Assembly: GCA_028534125.1 (NCBI GenBank)
Contig: CM052818.1
Span: forward strand, 26,972,001 to 27,036,000
Direction: 5' to 3'
Source of the DNA: Lama glama
Taxonomy: Eukaryota
DNA: 64,000 nucleotides
The notes under the pieces were generated by a model that was not told the DNA's origin, ran no database searches, and was given only the letters and a program-made list of their open reading frames with translations. Each line of letters starts with the position of its first letter. Within the stretch, counting starts at the first letter, position 1. Of this stretch, positions 13,631 to 27,208 are shown piece after piece. The translations under genes and the position numbers were made by a program.

Positions 13631-13646
13631 CCTACCTACCTACCTA
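13537..13646. repeat. Compound microsatellite (CA)45(CCTA)5
   Basis: Uninterrupted CA from 13537 to 13626, then ccta x5 to 13646. Confidence 0.95.
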
Positions 13647-14431
13647 TATATTTTTTCTCACTTTTAGGATGTTCCTTTTGACCAGAATACCTTCTTCGTC
13701 AGTCCATTTGTCTGATTGTAAAACTACAGGTTTTGAGGTTTAGCTAAAATCTCATGTTATCTTCTTTTTGATAGCTCTCTTTGACTATTGTCAGGACTTT
13801 TGACAGAATTAGATAATCCCTTATCTGAATTCCTACCTATAACATTTGCTGTAACTCATAGCTCTTATCTACAGTGTGCTATAGATATTTATTTACCTTT
13901 CTGTCTCTTGGCCATCTCCTTGCCTCTACCCTTAAGTAACTACAAGCTGCACATTATTCCCAGCAGCCAGTACATTGCTTGGCATGTAATAAGAATTTAA
14001 TAACAGTTCATTGGATTTAATCAAGTTACTTTTAGCATCAACACTTAAAATGTGATTGGAACACTGTCTTATATTCCAAGTATATTATATATAATAACAG
14101 ACTTTGAAACAAAGCTGTATTAGAGCTTCTTTAATATATTATAATTATATAATTTTTATGCTGTTTTATCCAGTAAAGGCCAATTGGGAGGCCTAACTGT
14201 GTGTCAAATGTAGAGTTCTTAGACATGAGGTCTGGTATTTAACTTGCAGTCAGATTTAGACAGAAAGAGATTAGGGAACAAGAAAATTGCTAACACAGTG
14301 AGATGAAGTGTTAAAACAATGGGAAACAATATGAGTGGGAAGGTATTTCAGCATATGGGCTTCAAAAGGAATGTTCCTAAGTTGAGAGTTCTATGAGTAA
14401 ATTATTTTTCAGTGAATTTAACAGTTCAGTA

Positions 14432-14599
14432 AGGGGGCGGAATATAGCTCAGTGGTAGGGTGCATGCCTAGCATGCACAAGGTCCTGGGTTCAGTCCTCA
14501 GTACCTATATTAAAAAAATAAATAAACCTAATTTACTCCCCCACTACCAATAAAATAAAAATAAAATAAAGTAGTGTAATTAAAAGAAACAAAACAAAA
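14432..14599 (+). mobile_element. tRNA-Ala-derived SINE (vic-1-like) with TSD
   Basis: ggggcggaatatagctcagtggtagggtgcatgcctagcatgcacaaggtcctgggttcagtcctcagtacc plus A-rich tail; flanks aacagttcagta (14420) and aacagatcagta (14600). Confidence 0.85.
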
Positions 14600-16367
14600 A
14601 ACAGATCAGTAGGGAGGCTCTGATTTAAGGAAACACAGCTAATAGTAAACACAGGAGCTCTTTACTTATTTTGTCTTTAATTTTTCGTAAAATGTTAATT
14701 CACAGTGTGTTATTATTTTTGTTACATATACTGTATAGAATAGTTTCTCTTCCTTTTCCTGTAAACTCTGTTGTAGTTTACCCTAAGACCACTAGAATGC
14801 AGTATAGTGCAGTATTTTGTGTTTGAAAATGTTTTTCTCATGTATCTATGTGTGTGTATATAAATAAATATATATAAAACAAAAATACATAATTTAACTC
14901 CATAAAACTTTATTGCTACTCTTATTTTGTACTCAGGCCAGTTACTTTCAGTTGCTATTTTGACTTCTAGGAGATATTGTTACTCTGTCTTACATAGATG
15001 AAGTTGTTCTTGAAAAATCTGAAGATTGACAATTGCGTTAAAAACTATAACACATGTATATAAAACACATAGAGGTATACACACACATGCAGTATTTTGT
15101 ACCTTGCTTTTTCACTTTAGCTTAAAGAGCAACCCTGTATTTGTTTGCACACACAGATTCTTTTTAATGGGTACATACTATTATAAAACATTTCATATAT
15201 ATGCAAAACATATAAAGACTATATAAAAATACTTACATACCCACTACCTACCTTAAGAAATAGAACATCAGCTGTCTGTAGTTTTCAGAGGTTTTCTTAA
15301 GATTCCCCTATACAGAAAATGTTGATTTTTTTTCTGTTGTAACTACAAAATAATTATTGCAAAATAATATGAAGAATTCCCATATTTTACACATTTGAGC
15401 AATTAATTTTCATTTTCTTTATGCTTTTCTTGAACTATAAAATCTTTGAAGTAAATGGCCAATTAGTTTTTTATAAGGAAAAAATAACTTTCAAATTTGG
15501 CTCTGTCATCCTTTTATTTCTTCTTTATTGCTTTATTACTTTGGGTTTTCAAATTTTTGTTATTGCTGTTGCTATCCCAGTCTTACTACATTAGATATTT
15601 ATTGTAGTAGCCTCAATATTTTGAGGAAGCAAGCAAGTCAAAATACACAAATACATTAAGTAAGTATGACATTTTTAGTTAACTTTTAAATTTTTTCTTT
15701 ATATGACTTGTTTTTCTGGGCTCACATGGTTAAACCTGAGATAGTTAAATTAGGCTAACCAGAAATGATAACATTGAGTTAGCTTTTAAAAGAAGGTATT
15801 TCTGTTTACAGTTCTTTGTGAGTTCTTCCTGAAAAGGCAAAGGGTATCTTGACTACTGAAAAAAATGTATTCCTATTAGAATATCTTATTTAACATTGAT
15901 GATTTGGGCTAGTTCTCCCTCCCTCTCCTGGATATTTGGTGAAGCATAATTGCCTGAGAAGGCACAGAGTGTTATGGATGACTTAAAAAAAACAAACAAA
16001 CTCAATTTTGAGAAAGATTAGTCTTTTTCAAGTTTATTTCACTTATCTACTGTTTTTGATAAAATTGTACTCTGGCACTCATCAAGAAAATTTGAATACT
16101 ACAGAAACTAGACTGTTACATGGTTCGTTTGTAATTATAGAAGCAAGATTTATGGTTCTCAGTGTTATTCCTCTATTTGTTATAATGGAACTTGAAGGTA
16201 TAACAACAACAAAATCATTTTTTTTGTGTTAGAACTTTGACACGGTGACAGGCTTTGAGCCATTGAAAGTTAGGATTACTGCATACTGACGACTAATCCT
16301 ATTATGTATCTTTAAGTTCATTTAAATATGTTTTAAGATGGTTTATATTTTCTCATTTCTTTGTTAG

Positions 16368-16441
16368 AGCCAAATACCACAAGTTGAAATATGGGACAGA
16401 ATTGAATCAGGGAGATATGAAGCCTCCAAGCTATGATTCTG
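16368..16441 (+). CDS. STRN: STRN exon 3 (74 bp)
   Basis: ttgttag|AGCC...TCTG|gtaagc; AKYHKLKYGTELNQGDMKPPSYDS. Confidence 0.96.
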
Positions 16442-17189
16442 GTAAGCTGATTTTAAAGGAAATTTAAGTGATTAAAAAAAGAAGTTAATATCTAGTATTT
16501 TGTAGCAATAATATTTATAACTGCAAGTTAATTTCTGATTATTTGCGTATTACTTTTTCTGGCATACTTACCTTTTGGCACTAATGACTTAGTGTTGTTT
16601 AGATCATTTTCCACTACCTTCCTTCCTTTTCCCTCTTCCCCTTTCTTTTAGTTTCTCATTTTCTGCTTATGTTCTTCACTTACTGGAAGGATCAGAATTC
16701 ATGGGTTAACATGCACGAACATAACTGTGTCTTGCTGGGTCCCCCCAGTATTAATGGGAACTTTGAGATGTGTAATACAAAGTACATTATGCCCTTGAAA
16801 TCCTGAGAGAAAGTTAGAAACTTCAGAGGTAAGACATTTCTTCTTTAAGTGCAAGAGAATTACTCTTACTTTAAATCTAATCCCTCAATTTCAGATGCAA
16901 AATTGTTTTGGACTTTCTTATCCAGTGTAACCAGAGCATCTTTTAACAGCTCAAACACCTATTATTTTTTGTGTTATTTCTTGTTTTTCCTTCTCCTACC
17001 TTCCTCATGACTCCATGAAACAATACAAAAATAGTACTTGTAGAGGTATTAAGGAATATAATTGACTTATTAAGTGTAAGGGAAAAGTAAGAAAAATTTT
17101 TGAAAAGTTATCATCATGTTTCAGATGACTGTGTTTTTCACATAATTTCAGGTGAAATTCCTGGATCAAATATCTGACATAACTATTAC

Positions 17190-17410
17190 CAAATACCTAC
17201 TTTGTACTTTAGGCTTTATGTACATTAATTCTTAATATAGTTATTCAATAAAAATAATGGTATTTTCATTTTACCTATGTGAAATTTAACTTGGAGAAGT
17301 GGGTAAACTTGCTTGAGGTCACATAACTATTAAGTAATGGGAATATGGATCTGAATCTAGATCTGTCTGACTCCAGAATTCATATTCTTCCTATTTGACC
17401 ATACTGCTTC
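17190..17410 (-). mobile_element. MIR
   Basis: aacttgcttgaggtcacataactattaagt...ctgaatctagatctgtctgactccaga MIR core. Confidence 0.7.
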
Positions 17411-18049
17411 TGTTGGGCAATGAAAGAACTTTATAAAATAAGTTCTGAATGTGCTGTCAATTTTGTAATTCTGTTCAGTGTAGTAATTTTATTAACATGT
17501 TTCCACAGCTGAGTATTGAATCCTTGAAATTTAGAGCAATACCAGTTGATCACTGACATATATATATATATACATTTTTGTTGTTTTGTTTTGTTTTGTC
17601 TTTTGATTGTTCTTTTACTTTGGTGTCTCAGCTTGAGATACACTTAAATTTAAAAAAAAATCTTTCCTTTTTAAAAAAAATCTAGACTATGTAAGACTGT
17701 CCTAAAAGACTATGGTCTGATTCAAAGAAGTGATTTTAATCAATACATTTACATAAAAGAAAGTTTGTTGCCTAATTTTTAGATATCAGTTTAGGAATAT
17801 AAAGTCCTAGTTGTTTACAGAATACTTACAAATAAACAGTGCAGCTCAGGAGAAGAAGTTTGGGTTTTGAAATTAGATACTTAGGTTTGACTCTGTCCTG
17901 ACACTTTAAATACCTGTGATGTTACTTAATCTTTCTGAGGTTGCTGCATTCCTTGCCTGTAAACTAGGAAAAGTTCTGGAAATAATTCTTAACTCCCAGG
18001 ATTATGTTCTTAGTGTATAATACCTGGTATCATTCCATTTGTTGCTCTT

Positions 18050-19800
18050 TCAAACTACCCATTCATCTTATAAATATTAAATATGTAATGCTTGTGTCAG
18101 ACCCAGCACCAGATTCTATGAATAAGATAACAATACCCTATGGGATTTTTACAGAGAAGATAAAAGAAAAAAGTGATTACAATAAAATGACATTATAATG
18201 GAGAAGTCATAGGTGTTACGGAGCACAGTAGCAGGAGAACCAAACCTAGTTGCAAGTGATCAAGGAAAGCTGCTTGCAGGAAGTGGTATTTGAAGTTGAC
18301 ATCTGAAGGGCATGTAAGAATTAACCAGGGAAACTGAACTGACTAAACATGTTTTGAATGAGAGGTGGAAGAAAGGCAAAGCATTAGTGTAAAATTTCTG
18401 AGGTAAGAATTTGGCACATTTGAGAAGTGAAATACCTGGACAGTAGAGGGAGGGAGGAAAGGCAGATGGTAAAATATGTTACAAGGGTCTTGTAAACTAT
18501 GTTAAGGAGTTCACACTTAACTAATTATGGGAAGGCATTTGAAAGATCTTGATTAGGAGTCTTGTGATCAGAATTGCTCTTAGAGCACACTGCAGCAGTG
18601 TAGAAGGTGGGTTAGAGAGGAGCAAAATTGGAGATGGAGAGTCTGGTTAGAACTTTACAGCCACCTAGGTAAATGAGGATATCTTGACAAGAATACTAAC
18701 AGTGACGCTGAAGAGAGGTAAGTGTGTTCAGGAAATATTTAGGAAGTAAAATCTGCAGGAAATTAGTTCTTGTTTGAATGTAGGGGGTTGAAAAAAAAGA
18801 GAGTCGAAGATGACTCCCACAATTCTAGTTTAAAAAACTAGACCTGAAGTAGCTTTGGAAGATGGTGGGTTCACTTTTGGATTTATTTGTTAGGCCATTA
18901 AGTGAAAATAGCTAGTAAATGGTTGGGCCTGGAGCCTGAGCCAGAGATGCAGGTTTGCTGTGTAGATCTGAGAGCACGTAGCAGCTAGTACTGATGCCGC
19001 TCAGTGCTGTTGGAGTGGAAGAGTTCACCAGGGACCTTACACAGAGTAAGAAGAGGACCCAAAATGGAGCCCTGGGGAATTGGCAACATTTAAAAAACTG
19101 GTAGAAGAATAGGAAACTGATAAGAATTATTTTAATGGTAGGAGGAAAACCAGGAGAATGGAGACCAAGAGAAGAGAGAATTTCTAGAAAGAAGGATCGT
19201 TCAGCACTACTGGCTGCTGCCTAGAGGGCTGAAGAGTATCTCTAGGGTTAAGAGACACACAGATCACTGAGATCTTTCTTGTCAGCCGTCTTAGGAAAGA
19301 CCTGAGACCAGAAACAAGAGCTAAGTGTAGAAAGTGAAGACTAAGTGTAGTCAGCTTTTAGGAGACTTCTGTTGTGGAGGTGAAGAAGAGGGAAATAGCT
19401 AAAGGGACACATGGGATCAAGGAAGAGTGTGTGTATATGTATGTGTGTGTGTGAGAGAGAAATTGAGTGTGTGAGAGGTATGTTTCTTAAAGGAGGAGCA
19501 AATAAAAGGGAGAAAGTAAAGATGCTTAAAATAGGAAGGTATCTGAAGAAGCCGTAGGGATTGGATTCTGAACAAAGTTGGAGAATGGCAAGAGGAGCAT
19601 GTCTTTTATTGTTACCAAAAGAGAATGTTAGAAGTTAGGTTACAGATATGTAGGTCTGGTGGTGGGTATTTAATATGATAGCTTTATGTATGAGACAGAT
19701 TATCTGCCAAGAGTGCATCAGAGGTTTAAGAAAAGTGGAGAAGATTTAAAATATAATGAACACAAGAACAAACTGACTAAGAAATAGTAGAATTGAGAAA
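18050..19800 (-). mobile_element. L2 fragments
   Basis: Purine-rich L2-like motifs (aatttaggaagtaaaatctgcagga-like segment, gaagatgactccc, ggaggaaaaccaggaga); boundaries approximate. Confidence 0.55.
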
Positions 19801-20048
19801 AACTAAGGTCCAGTTGAGGTGTGTGATCACGAGTTTATATAGAGGTACTGGTCTGCATACTTGGCAGCCTAGGTAAAAGATAATAGAACAAAAATAGTTA
19901 ATAGTTGAATTCAAAGGGAGACTAGGGGACAAAAAATTGAAGACACTGTCAAAAGAATGATTGAGTTGATAGATCCTGAACTAAAACTAGAGAGGGAAGG
20001 AAGTGAAGACAAAAGGGTTAAAGAAAGGGGGTAGGCTACGGACTACAG

Positions 20049-20222
20049 CAGGTCAGCAGACTCTTATAAAGAGTCCGATAGTAATATTTGGGCTCTGTAG
20101 GCCGTGTGTTCTCAGTTGCAGCTACTCCCTCTGCCGACATAACATGAAAGCAGCCACAACACATAAATGAATAAGCACAGCAGGCTCGATTTGACCTGCA
20201 GGCCAAAATTTGCTAGCCCCTG
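20049..20222. mobile_element. MER58A-like hAT-Charlie MITE
   Basis: gatagtaatatttgggctctgtaggcc...gcagctactccctctgcc...gaaagcagcca...gatttgacctgcaggcc...gcccctg; imperfect 8-bp flanks gactacag/gactaagg. Confidence 0.75.
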
Positions 20223-20779
20223 GACTAAGGTCCCACCTAAATCAAAGCACCTAGTAAGCTGGGAGTATTGAGCCAGAAGGATATGCTTAGAGAATGAGTT
20301 TGCATCTGTGACAGTTCTTCATAATGACAGGATCTAAGGTATGACAACCAGAGAGGGTGGCGGTTGTGCAGAGGCTGAAGTGGATCACCCACATGCATAT
20401 TAATATTAACTTCAGTCAAGATGATATAAAAGTGTGGTTGCAGAGGAAGCATGTGAGCCTGATTTAGAGTGTTATCAAGGGATTTATAGATGACAGTGAT
20501 AAGGACAGTGACTAGGAGAGGCGAGAAGGTCGTGTATCCAGATTAAAGTAAAGAAGCAGGGCTTTTTCCTTCTTTTGTTCTTTTATCCATGTACTATATT
20601 TTCCTGATTAATTTTCTGAAACGTTTTCCACAAAAAATTAGTTTCCCCTCTGATTTTTTTTTTCCCTGTGTTGTTCCACTTCCAAATCTTTACATTTTTA
20701 CTTTAGGAGAATATTACCCTAAGGTATGTTTAAAATCTATTTTATATATCTTTCATATTTCAGTTTCTCCTACTTCATA

Positions 20780-21920
20780 TTAGAAGTCAGATACTTACTA
20801 AAAATAGAATATCTTTTTTCAGAGTGACAAGTTCTGCCTTTTAATTGAGATGTTTAAATCGTTTACATTTAATATGATTATTGATATGGTTAGCTTTAAA
20901 GGTTACCACCTTTGCTATTTGTTTTCTACTCATTCAGTCTGTTCTTTGCTTACTTTTCCTCTTTTTTGATTTCTTTTGGATTAATGTAGTATCTTTTATG
21001 GTTCCATTTTATCTCTTTTGCTGGCATTGCTGTAACTCTTAATTTACTGGATGCTTTAGGCTTTATAGTATATGTTTTTAACTTATTAGAGCCTATCTTT
21101 AAGTGATAATATACCACTTCATGTGTAGCATGAGAACCTTCTAACAGTGTATTTCCATCTCAAAGTCTTTGTGCAGTTCTCATGTATTTTACTTCTGTGT
21201 ATATATTTATAAACCACACACTACACTCTTATTTTTGTTTCAACAGTCAGTTCTCTTTTAAAGAGATTTAAATAATATAAAAATTGTATATTTTCAGCGC
21301 TCATTGTTCCTTTGTGTGCATCCATATTTTCCGATACCATTTTCCTTCTGCCTTACGGACGTTCCTTAACATACTTTGTAATACAGGCTGCTGATAATAA
21401 ATTCTTTTAGCTTTTGTGTGTATGAGAAAGTCTTTATCTTGCTGCTTGCATTGTTTTTGATGCAGTAACTTCTGTCATCCTTATCTTTGTTCTTCTGTAT
21501 ATAAGTGACCTTTTTCTTGGGTTCCTTTTAAGATTTATCTCTTTATCATCAGTTTTAAGCAGTTTTATTATATAATGTGCTTTGATGTCATTACTCCCCT
21601 GTCTGTACTTGTACTTGGGGTTTGTTGAGTTTCTTGGATCTATGGGTTTATAGTTTTCGTGAAATTGAGAACTTCTCAGCCATTATTTCTTCAGAAATTA
21701 TTTTTGTTCCCTCTTCCTGTGCCGTGATCAGGAAACTATCAAGAGAATAAGCTGGAACAATCATAGGACTCAACCTGTTTGCTTTCCTTTCCTCAGGGAT
21801 CGCTGTCCTCTGTTGCCTGACGTCCAGTGTCTTAACAATTATGTCATCCATTTTGTTTTATAGTTGCTTCAAGGAGGAGAGTAAATTGGTACCCTGTTAC
21901 TCCAGCTTGACTGGAAGTTC
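20780..21920 (-). mobile_element. Old L1 (L1MC/MD-type) fragment
   Basis: gagatgtttaaatcgtttacatttaatatgattattgatatggtt and gagaacttctcagccattatttcttca are antisense L1 motifs. Confidence 0.65.
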
Positions 21921-22656
21921 CAGTCAAGTACTTTTAATATTACCAAGAAATTCAACTCTTGCCCACTCTGAAATCCTCATTTTTGTATAATGTTACTTTC
22001 TGAACTTGATAAGGTAAAGATGAATCTGATAGCTGATGACCACTTACTAATCATTGAGAGAACTGAATATTTAGCCTGGATAAGGAAATGTGGGGAAAAT
22101 CAAGTTCACATGTGCAAGGGCTGTTTTTTTAACCTCATACTTTTTTTTTTAACATCAGATATTACCCAGAGTCAGATTTTTTTCTTCATAGAGGAAATTC
22201 ACTTCTGAGAAATTTATTCAGAATTAAGATTTCTGTCTTTATAAGCACTTTGCAGGCATTGAAACTTACTGCTCTTACAGACGGCTATACCATTATTTCT
22301 GTAAATCATAGGAAAACAGATCTTGGCAGTGTTGAGTAAAGAGCCTGTCTTGTGTTTGTGTGGGTAGGTCTTTGGTCACAGACATAATCTTAGCTCATTA
22401 GTTCATACACTAATTTAATAAAAGAAGTAGGGTAAGTGTTTTATCTCAGATCCATTACTAAGGAGATAAGGACTCCACAAGCTCCATAGGTCTCTGAGTC
22501 TCTTCATTCTTTCGGAGTGTTGTGGCTGGTTTCATTTGCTTCCTTGCAGTCATCTGGAGGCTGGTCATGATCCAGTGTGGGATGATGAGATAAGCAGCAG
22601 TTCACAGCCTTGCTGTTTTTGTCGTATACCGTGGTTAACTCAAGGCGGGACTGAGT

Positions 22657-22770
22657 CTTTTCTCTCTTTTCTTTTCATTGAAGTGTAATTGACTTACAAC
22701 AGTTTATTAGTTTCAGGTGTACAACATAGTGATTTGATGTTTTTCGTACATGCCAAAATGATAACACAGG
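22657..22770 (-). mobile_element. Short L1 3'-end fragment
   Basis: ttcattgaagtgtaattgacttacaac...ttagtttcaggtgtacaacatagtgatt. Confidence 0.7.
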
Positions 22771-22854
22771 GAGTCAGATTTTATCTGTATATAAGAATAT
22801 ACTTTTTAAAAAGAGGGTGAGGATGCATTCATATTTGATTTGGCTTAATTTATT

Positions 22855-23180
22855 TTTTATTAAGGTGTAATTTGCATGCAGTAAAGTTCTCATTTTCAGT
22901 GTTTTCACAAACACAATTTTGTTACTAATAGCCTTTGTGGTTAACCTCTCCTACCCTACTCTAATCCCCTGGCAACCACTAATCTGTTTTCTGTTCCTGC
23001 AGTTTTGCCCTTTCAAGAAGGTTATATTATTTCCAGAGTCATACAGAATGTAGCCTTTTAAATCTAGGTTCTTTCATTCAGCACAATGCAATCGAGATCT
23101 ATTCATATTGGTATATCAGTAAGTAGTTCATTCCTTTTTTGTATTGAGTAGTGTTCCACTGAATGGATATACTACACTTT
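22855..23180 (-). mobile_element. L1MB-type 3' end
   Basis: cccctggcaaccactaatctgttttctg...gagtcatacagaatgtagcc...ttgagtagtgttccactgaatggatat. Confidence 0.7.
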
Positions 23181-23699
23181 GGTAACAACACTAGCTGCCA
23201 GAGTAGGCAGAGGTAGTTGAGTGTATCTGAGGATGGTACAGGAAGGATTTAGGTATATTTTGAGGGGAAATTAGATGACCTCAAAAGTTCTTTCACATCT
23301 GAAGTTTTTGGTCTTTTGAAATGCCAGTGTAGATGTTCTTAGAGTGCAGATGTAGGAAGTACAGGCTACTCACTTGACTTAAAAGGGAATATATTGTAAT
23401 ACATTACATTGTATACATGATTCCTGAATGTGTGGGTTAGTAGAACAATGTATGGTTTTTCCTTAGGATTGGGACATTGTTTTTCCTTTTTTTTTTAAAG
23501 CATACCCTCTTTGAAGTCTTCCCAAAATTATCTTCCTTTTTGAGTTACCTTAACCACCCTCATACTTCTCCCCCTCCTTTGCCCAGCTGCTCTTTCTTTG
23601 GTATGTCACTTGGTCTAGTTACTTTAGGAGAAAAATGAAAATGCACGATCTAATTCTTATTTTTATTTACATATTTCTCTAATTTCTTATCTTTGTATT

Positions 23700-23915
23700 G
23701 ATAGTGTGTGGAGGAACATGTGTGAGCTGTGGAGTCAGACATGATTTCAACACTCTCACAACTGTATTTCTAACTTAGAAACCTTGAAGTGTACCCGGTA
23801 AAACTCACCTTTCTAATCTTTAAAACAGGGATAATAATAACACCTATTTTTTGAGGTTGTAAAGGTTAAAAGAGATTATGTTTTAAACACAGCATCTAGA
23901 ACACATTAAATGTTT
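23700..23915 (+). mobile_element. MIR
   Basis: gctgtggagtcagac...taaaacagggataataataacacctat...gaggttgtaaaggttaaaagagat. Confidence 0.65.
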
Positions 23916-24629
23916 AATATCAAATATCATAAAACAAATTTTCCCAGTATCTCTTATATCCTACTTAATAAAAAAACTCTGTAAAGACCACAGTTTCTTA
24001 TATACTGTAGTTTAGAAATTCTTTGGCCCAGCCTTAACATGGAGATGACTGTTTTTATTTTACCATCTACTTGAAAGGATTTGGCTTCTATCAAATGATT
24101 TTAAACTTTAATGAATTTAAGCTTTATAAGGCTTATGGGGAGATTTTCATTTAAAGGATGTCTTAAAAAGAATGCTTGCGGTTTTCATTTAATACCTAGT
24201 GAAGGAAACAGATTTGGATTGAAATTATTTTTTATCTATCTACTCTACCAGACTGGCTCTTTCTTTTTTTTTCTTAAACCATCATTCCGAGGTATTTTGT
24301 TCTAATTATGATGTGATGCTTCATAATACTTTTATTTGATTCTTGTGTGACTTGATTTGGGTAGATCCTTGTCCTGGAGGAAAATTCTCAGGATTCCTAA
24401 AAATCAGCAAAAATGTCTTCATTTTAGTTCTGAAACTCACAGGAAAATCCAGTAGCAATAATTAATTTATTAGTTTTGTTATGGAAATTAAAGTGAAAAA
24501 CAGAATTTACATAGTCCTAAAACATACATGTTCTTAATCTTACAGATTCTTATTAGGCATTTCTTACGAATTGAGATACCCTCTAAAGGGTATAACAAGT
24601 CAGTTTTATTATGATTTAATGTTTTCCAG

Positions 24630-24708
24630 ATGAAGGTAATGAAACAGAGGTGCAGCCACAACAAAACAGCCAGTTGATGTGGAAACAAGGTCGACAACTA
24701 CTCAGACA
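24630..24708 (+). CDS. STRN: STRN exon 4 (79 bp), calmodulin-binding segment
   Basis: ttttccag|ATGAA...AGACA|gtaagt; (D)EGNETEVQPQQNSQLMWKQGRQLLR(Q). Confidence 0.96.
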
Positions 24709-27040
24709 GTAAGTATCTCGTGGTCAAATAAAGAAGCATATTTTCATGAGATTATTTTTATTTTGTATTTCTAACTCAGTAGAGTAATTTTATTTCTTAT
24801 ACTGCTGCTGTGAAAAGCTTCACTAAAAAAAAAACATGGTTTAGGAGAAAGAAAAAGCTTCACTGAATTACTATTCCTTTTTCATATTAAACAGTTTTTC
24901 CTCTATGGCAGAATGTGTTTTTCATTAAATATTACTAAGAATTACCAAGAATAAATTTGCTTTCTGTAATTTTAGCTTCATCAAAAAGAATACAACTTTA
25001 AGCTTCTAAATTTTATTATGCACTTAAATTTGTAGTTTAAAGAATTCTGTACCCTTAAAGTTACTCTTTTCTTTGAACCTTTTATACATGAATATACATA
25101 TTTTAATATGAGTCTAATCATGTAATTTTTATGCTGTGTTTTTTAAAGTTTATTTTAAATAGATGCAAGAATGTCTTGAATTTTTTAAACTTTCAAATAT
25201 TATACTAACATATATTTTCTCCTATAAAATGTGTATTTGAGACTATAAAGAAAGCTGGGTTTTGAGGTTCAGATGTCGGGTAGTCAGCTAGACCTACTCA
25301 CCAGTTTAGTGTTTGACCATTGCGTATCATATTTGAAACTGGTATTTAGATTTGTGCCTGAGTAAAAAGGAATTTGTTACCTGATTTGGACTTCTGGGGT
25401 TGCTTGTGATAGTTTAAAACTGTGGTTTCCAAACTAGATTGCATGCCAGTCATTCATTTTGATGATGGGAAGAGAGTATTAAAGTGTCTCCTTAAATCTA
25501 TTTTTTATCTGCTAAAAATTAACAGAAAATGAGACTTCATTACTATTTAATAAGTGGGTTTTCACTTTGGTTTTAAATGTGATTTACGATTTTCCTTTTA
25601 TAAATAAATAAGTATTCTTAAAGTGCTGATCTTTTTTTTTTTTTTAAATGACAAGCGGCTATCAATAGTGAGAAATCCAAGAAATATTTTTGGAAGACTC
25701 ATAGTCTGCCTCTCAAAGGTGACATTTTATCAGTGAATGAGGACATAACTATTTAGTAAAGCCAACTCATTTATGGAGAGAGCACTTTTTGAAACAGTTA
25801 TTTGTAATGTGATTTTCTTGCCAAAGTGAGTTGTGTATCAAATATTTGTTAAAAAATAGAAAAGCATAATACCTTTGTATTTGCACGAACAACTGATTAA
25901 ATTCAGGAACATTAGAAATTGATTATCCAAATTTTAATCAAAAACTTTCCTGTAAATACTGAATAAGATTGAAAAATGAGTACCTTGTTTTGGTAGGATA
26001 CACTTATTCCATTTTGGTCACATGTCTTTGTGAGATATCTCTTTGAGCTATGATAACTATTAACACCAGATCTTGAAATACTGATCTTATACTGGTTATC
26101 TTTTCAATCTTTCTTTTTTCTTTCACCTCGTAGACTTGATGCTTACTTATGAGTTAATGCCTAACATTTATCTTTCACGTTTATTAATGACATTATTAAT
26201 GACATTTGCCTTTTTCCTGTTCCTGCCATTGCCACTTTCAGACTTTTTTGGTCATCTTTGTTGTTGATAGATGGTGAGTGCCCTCTGTATGCCAGGCACT
26301 GTAACAGATGTGTCTCTTTTAGGAAAAAACTGGGATTCAGGAGAATTAAAGTTACACAGGAAGAAAGTGGCAGAAATGGGCTTTAAACCCAGGTTTAACT
26401 CTCCATGCAAAACCTCCTCTTTTTCCTGTGCTGCTGCCTCTGCAGCACACACACCCCCGTGTACCCACACATCCCACCTCCCACAATTGAATTTTATTTT
26501 AGAATTTTCTATTTCTGTTTTAGAGTTGTGTCAGGATAGAAGCTTCCTTCCTGTAAAAGTGACTCTTTGGAATAGACTGTCTTTCTGTATGTCATGGAGG
26601 AAACCATGTAGCTAGAAACATTTTTCTATATTGCAGTTGATCCAATGATACTTTTACATCAGAAGTATAAGAAGACTACTGGTTGTAATAATTACTATTA
26701 TAAAACAGTAATTCAGTAGAGTCTGAGAGTGAGTTTACTCCAACCTACCTAGAAGAAAGAACATGCTATTAGGTGTATTAAGGAACAGCCTTTTCTTATG
26801 ATAAATGAATGGTGTATTGTGTAGTTCTTTGATTTTTCTCAGAGACCGTAGAGGCTGGTACTGCAGGAGACAGCTCCATCTGCAGCTGGAAGATTATTTA
26901 TTAGCATGTCTTACCAGCATAGTACTGTACTGTTAAGTCTTATGCAGGCATTGAATTTAAGTAAAACTTTTATTTACATATTCAGTAATAGAATATTGAT
27001 TCCAATATGACTGAGTTGTAAAGATCCTCTTCACACACAG

Positions 27041-27208
27041 GTATCTACAGGAGGTGGGTTACACAGATACTATTCTAGATGTGAAATCCAAACGAGTGCG
27101 AGCTTTGCTGGGCTTTTCAAGTGATGTCACTGACAGGGAAGATGACAAAAATCAGGACTCAGTTATAAATGGCACAGAAGCTGAAGTTAAAGAGACAGCA
27201 ATGATTGG
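27041..27208 (+). CDS. STRN: STRN exon 5 (168 bp)
   Basis: cacacag|GTAT...ATTGG|gtgagt; YLQEVGYTDTILDVKSKRVRALLGFSSDVTDREDDKNQDSVINGTEAEVKETAMI(G). Confidence 0.95.

Noticed and set aside
27038..27048. U12-type or recursive splice site at CAG|GTATCT (start of exon 5)
   Set aside because: GTATCTAC does not match the U12 donor GTATCCTT. These bases are coding (Q-Y-L), and the upstream donor GTAAGT is U2-type.
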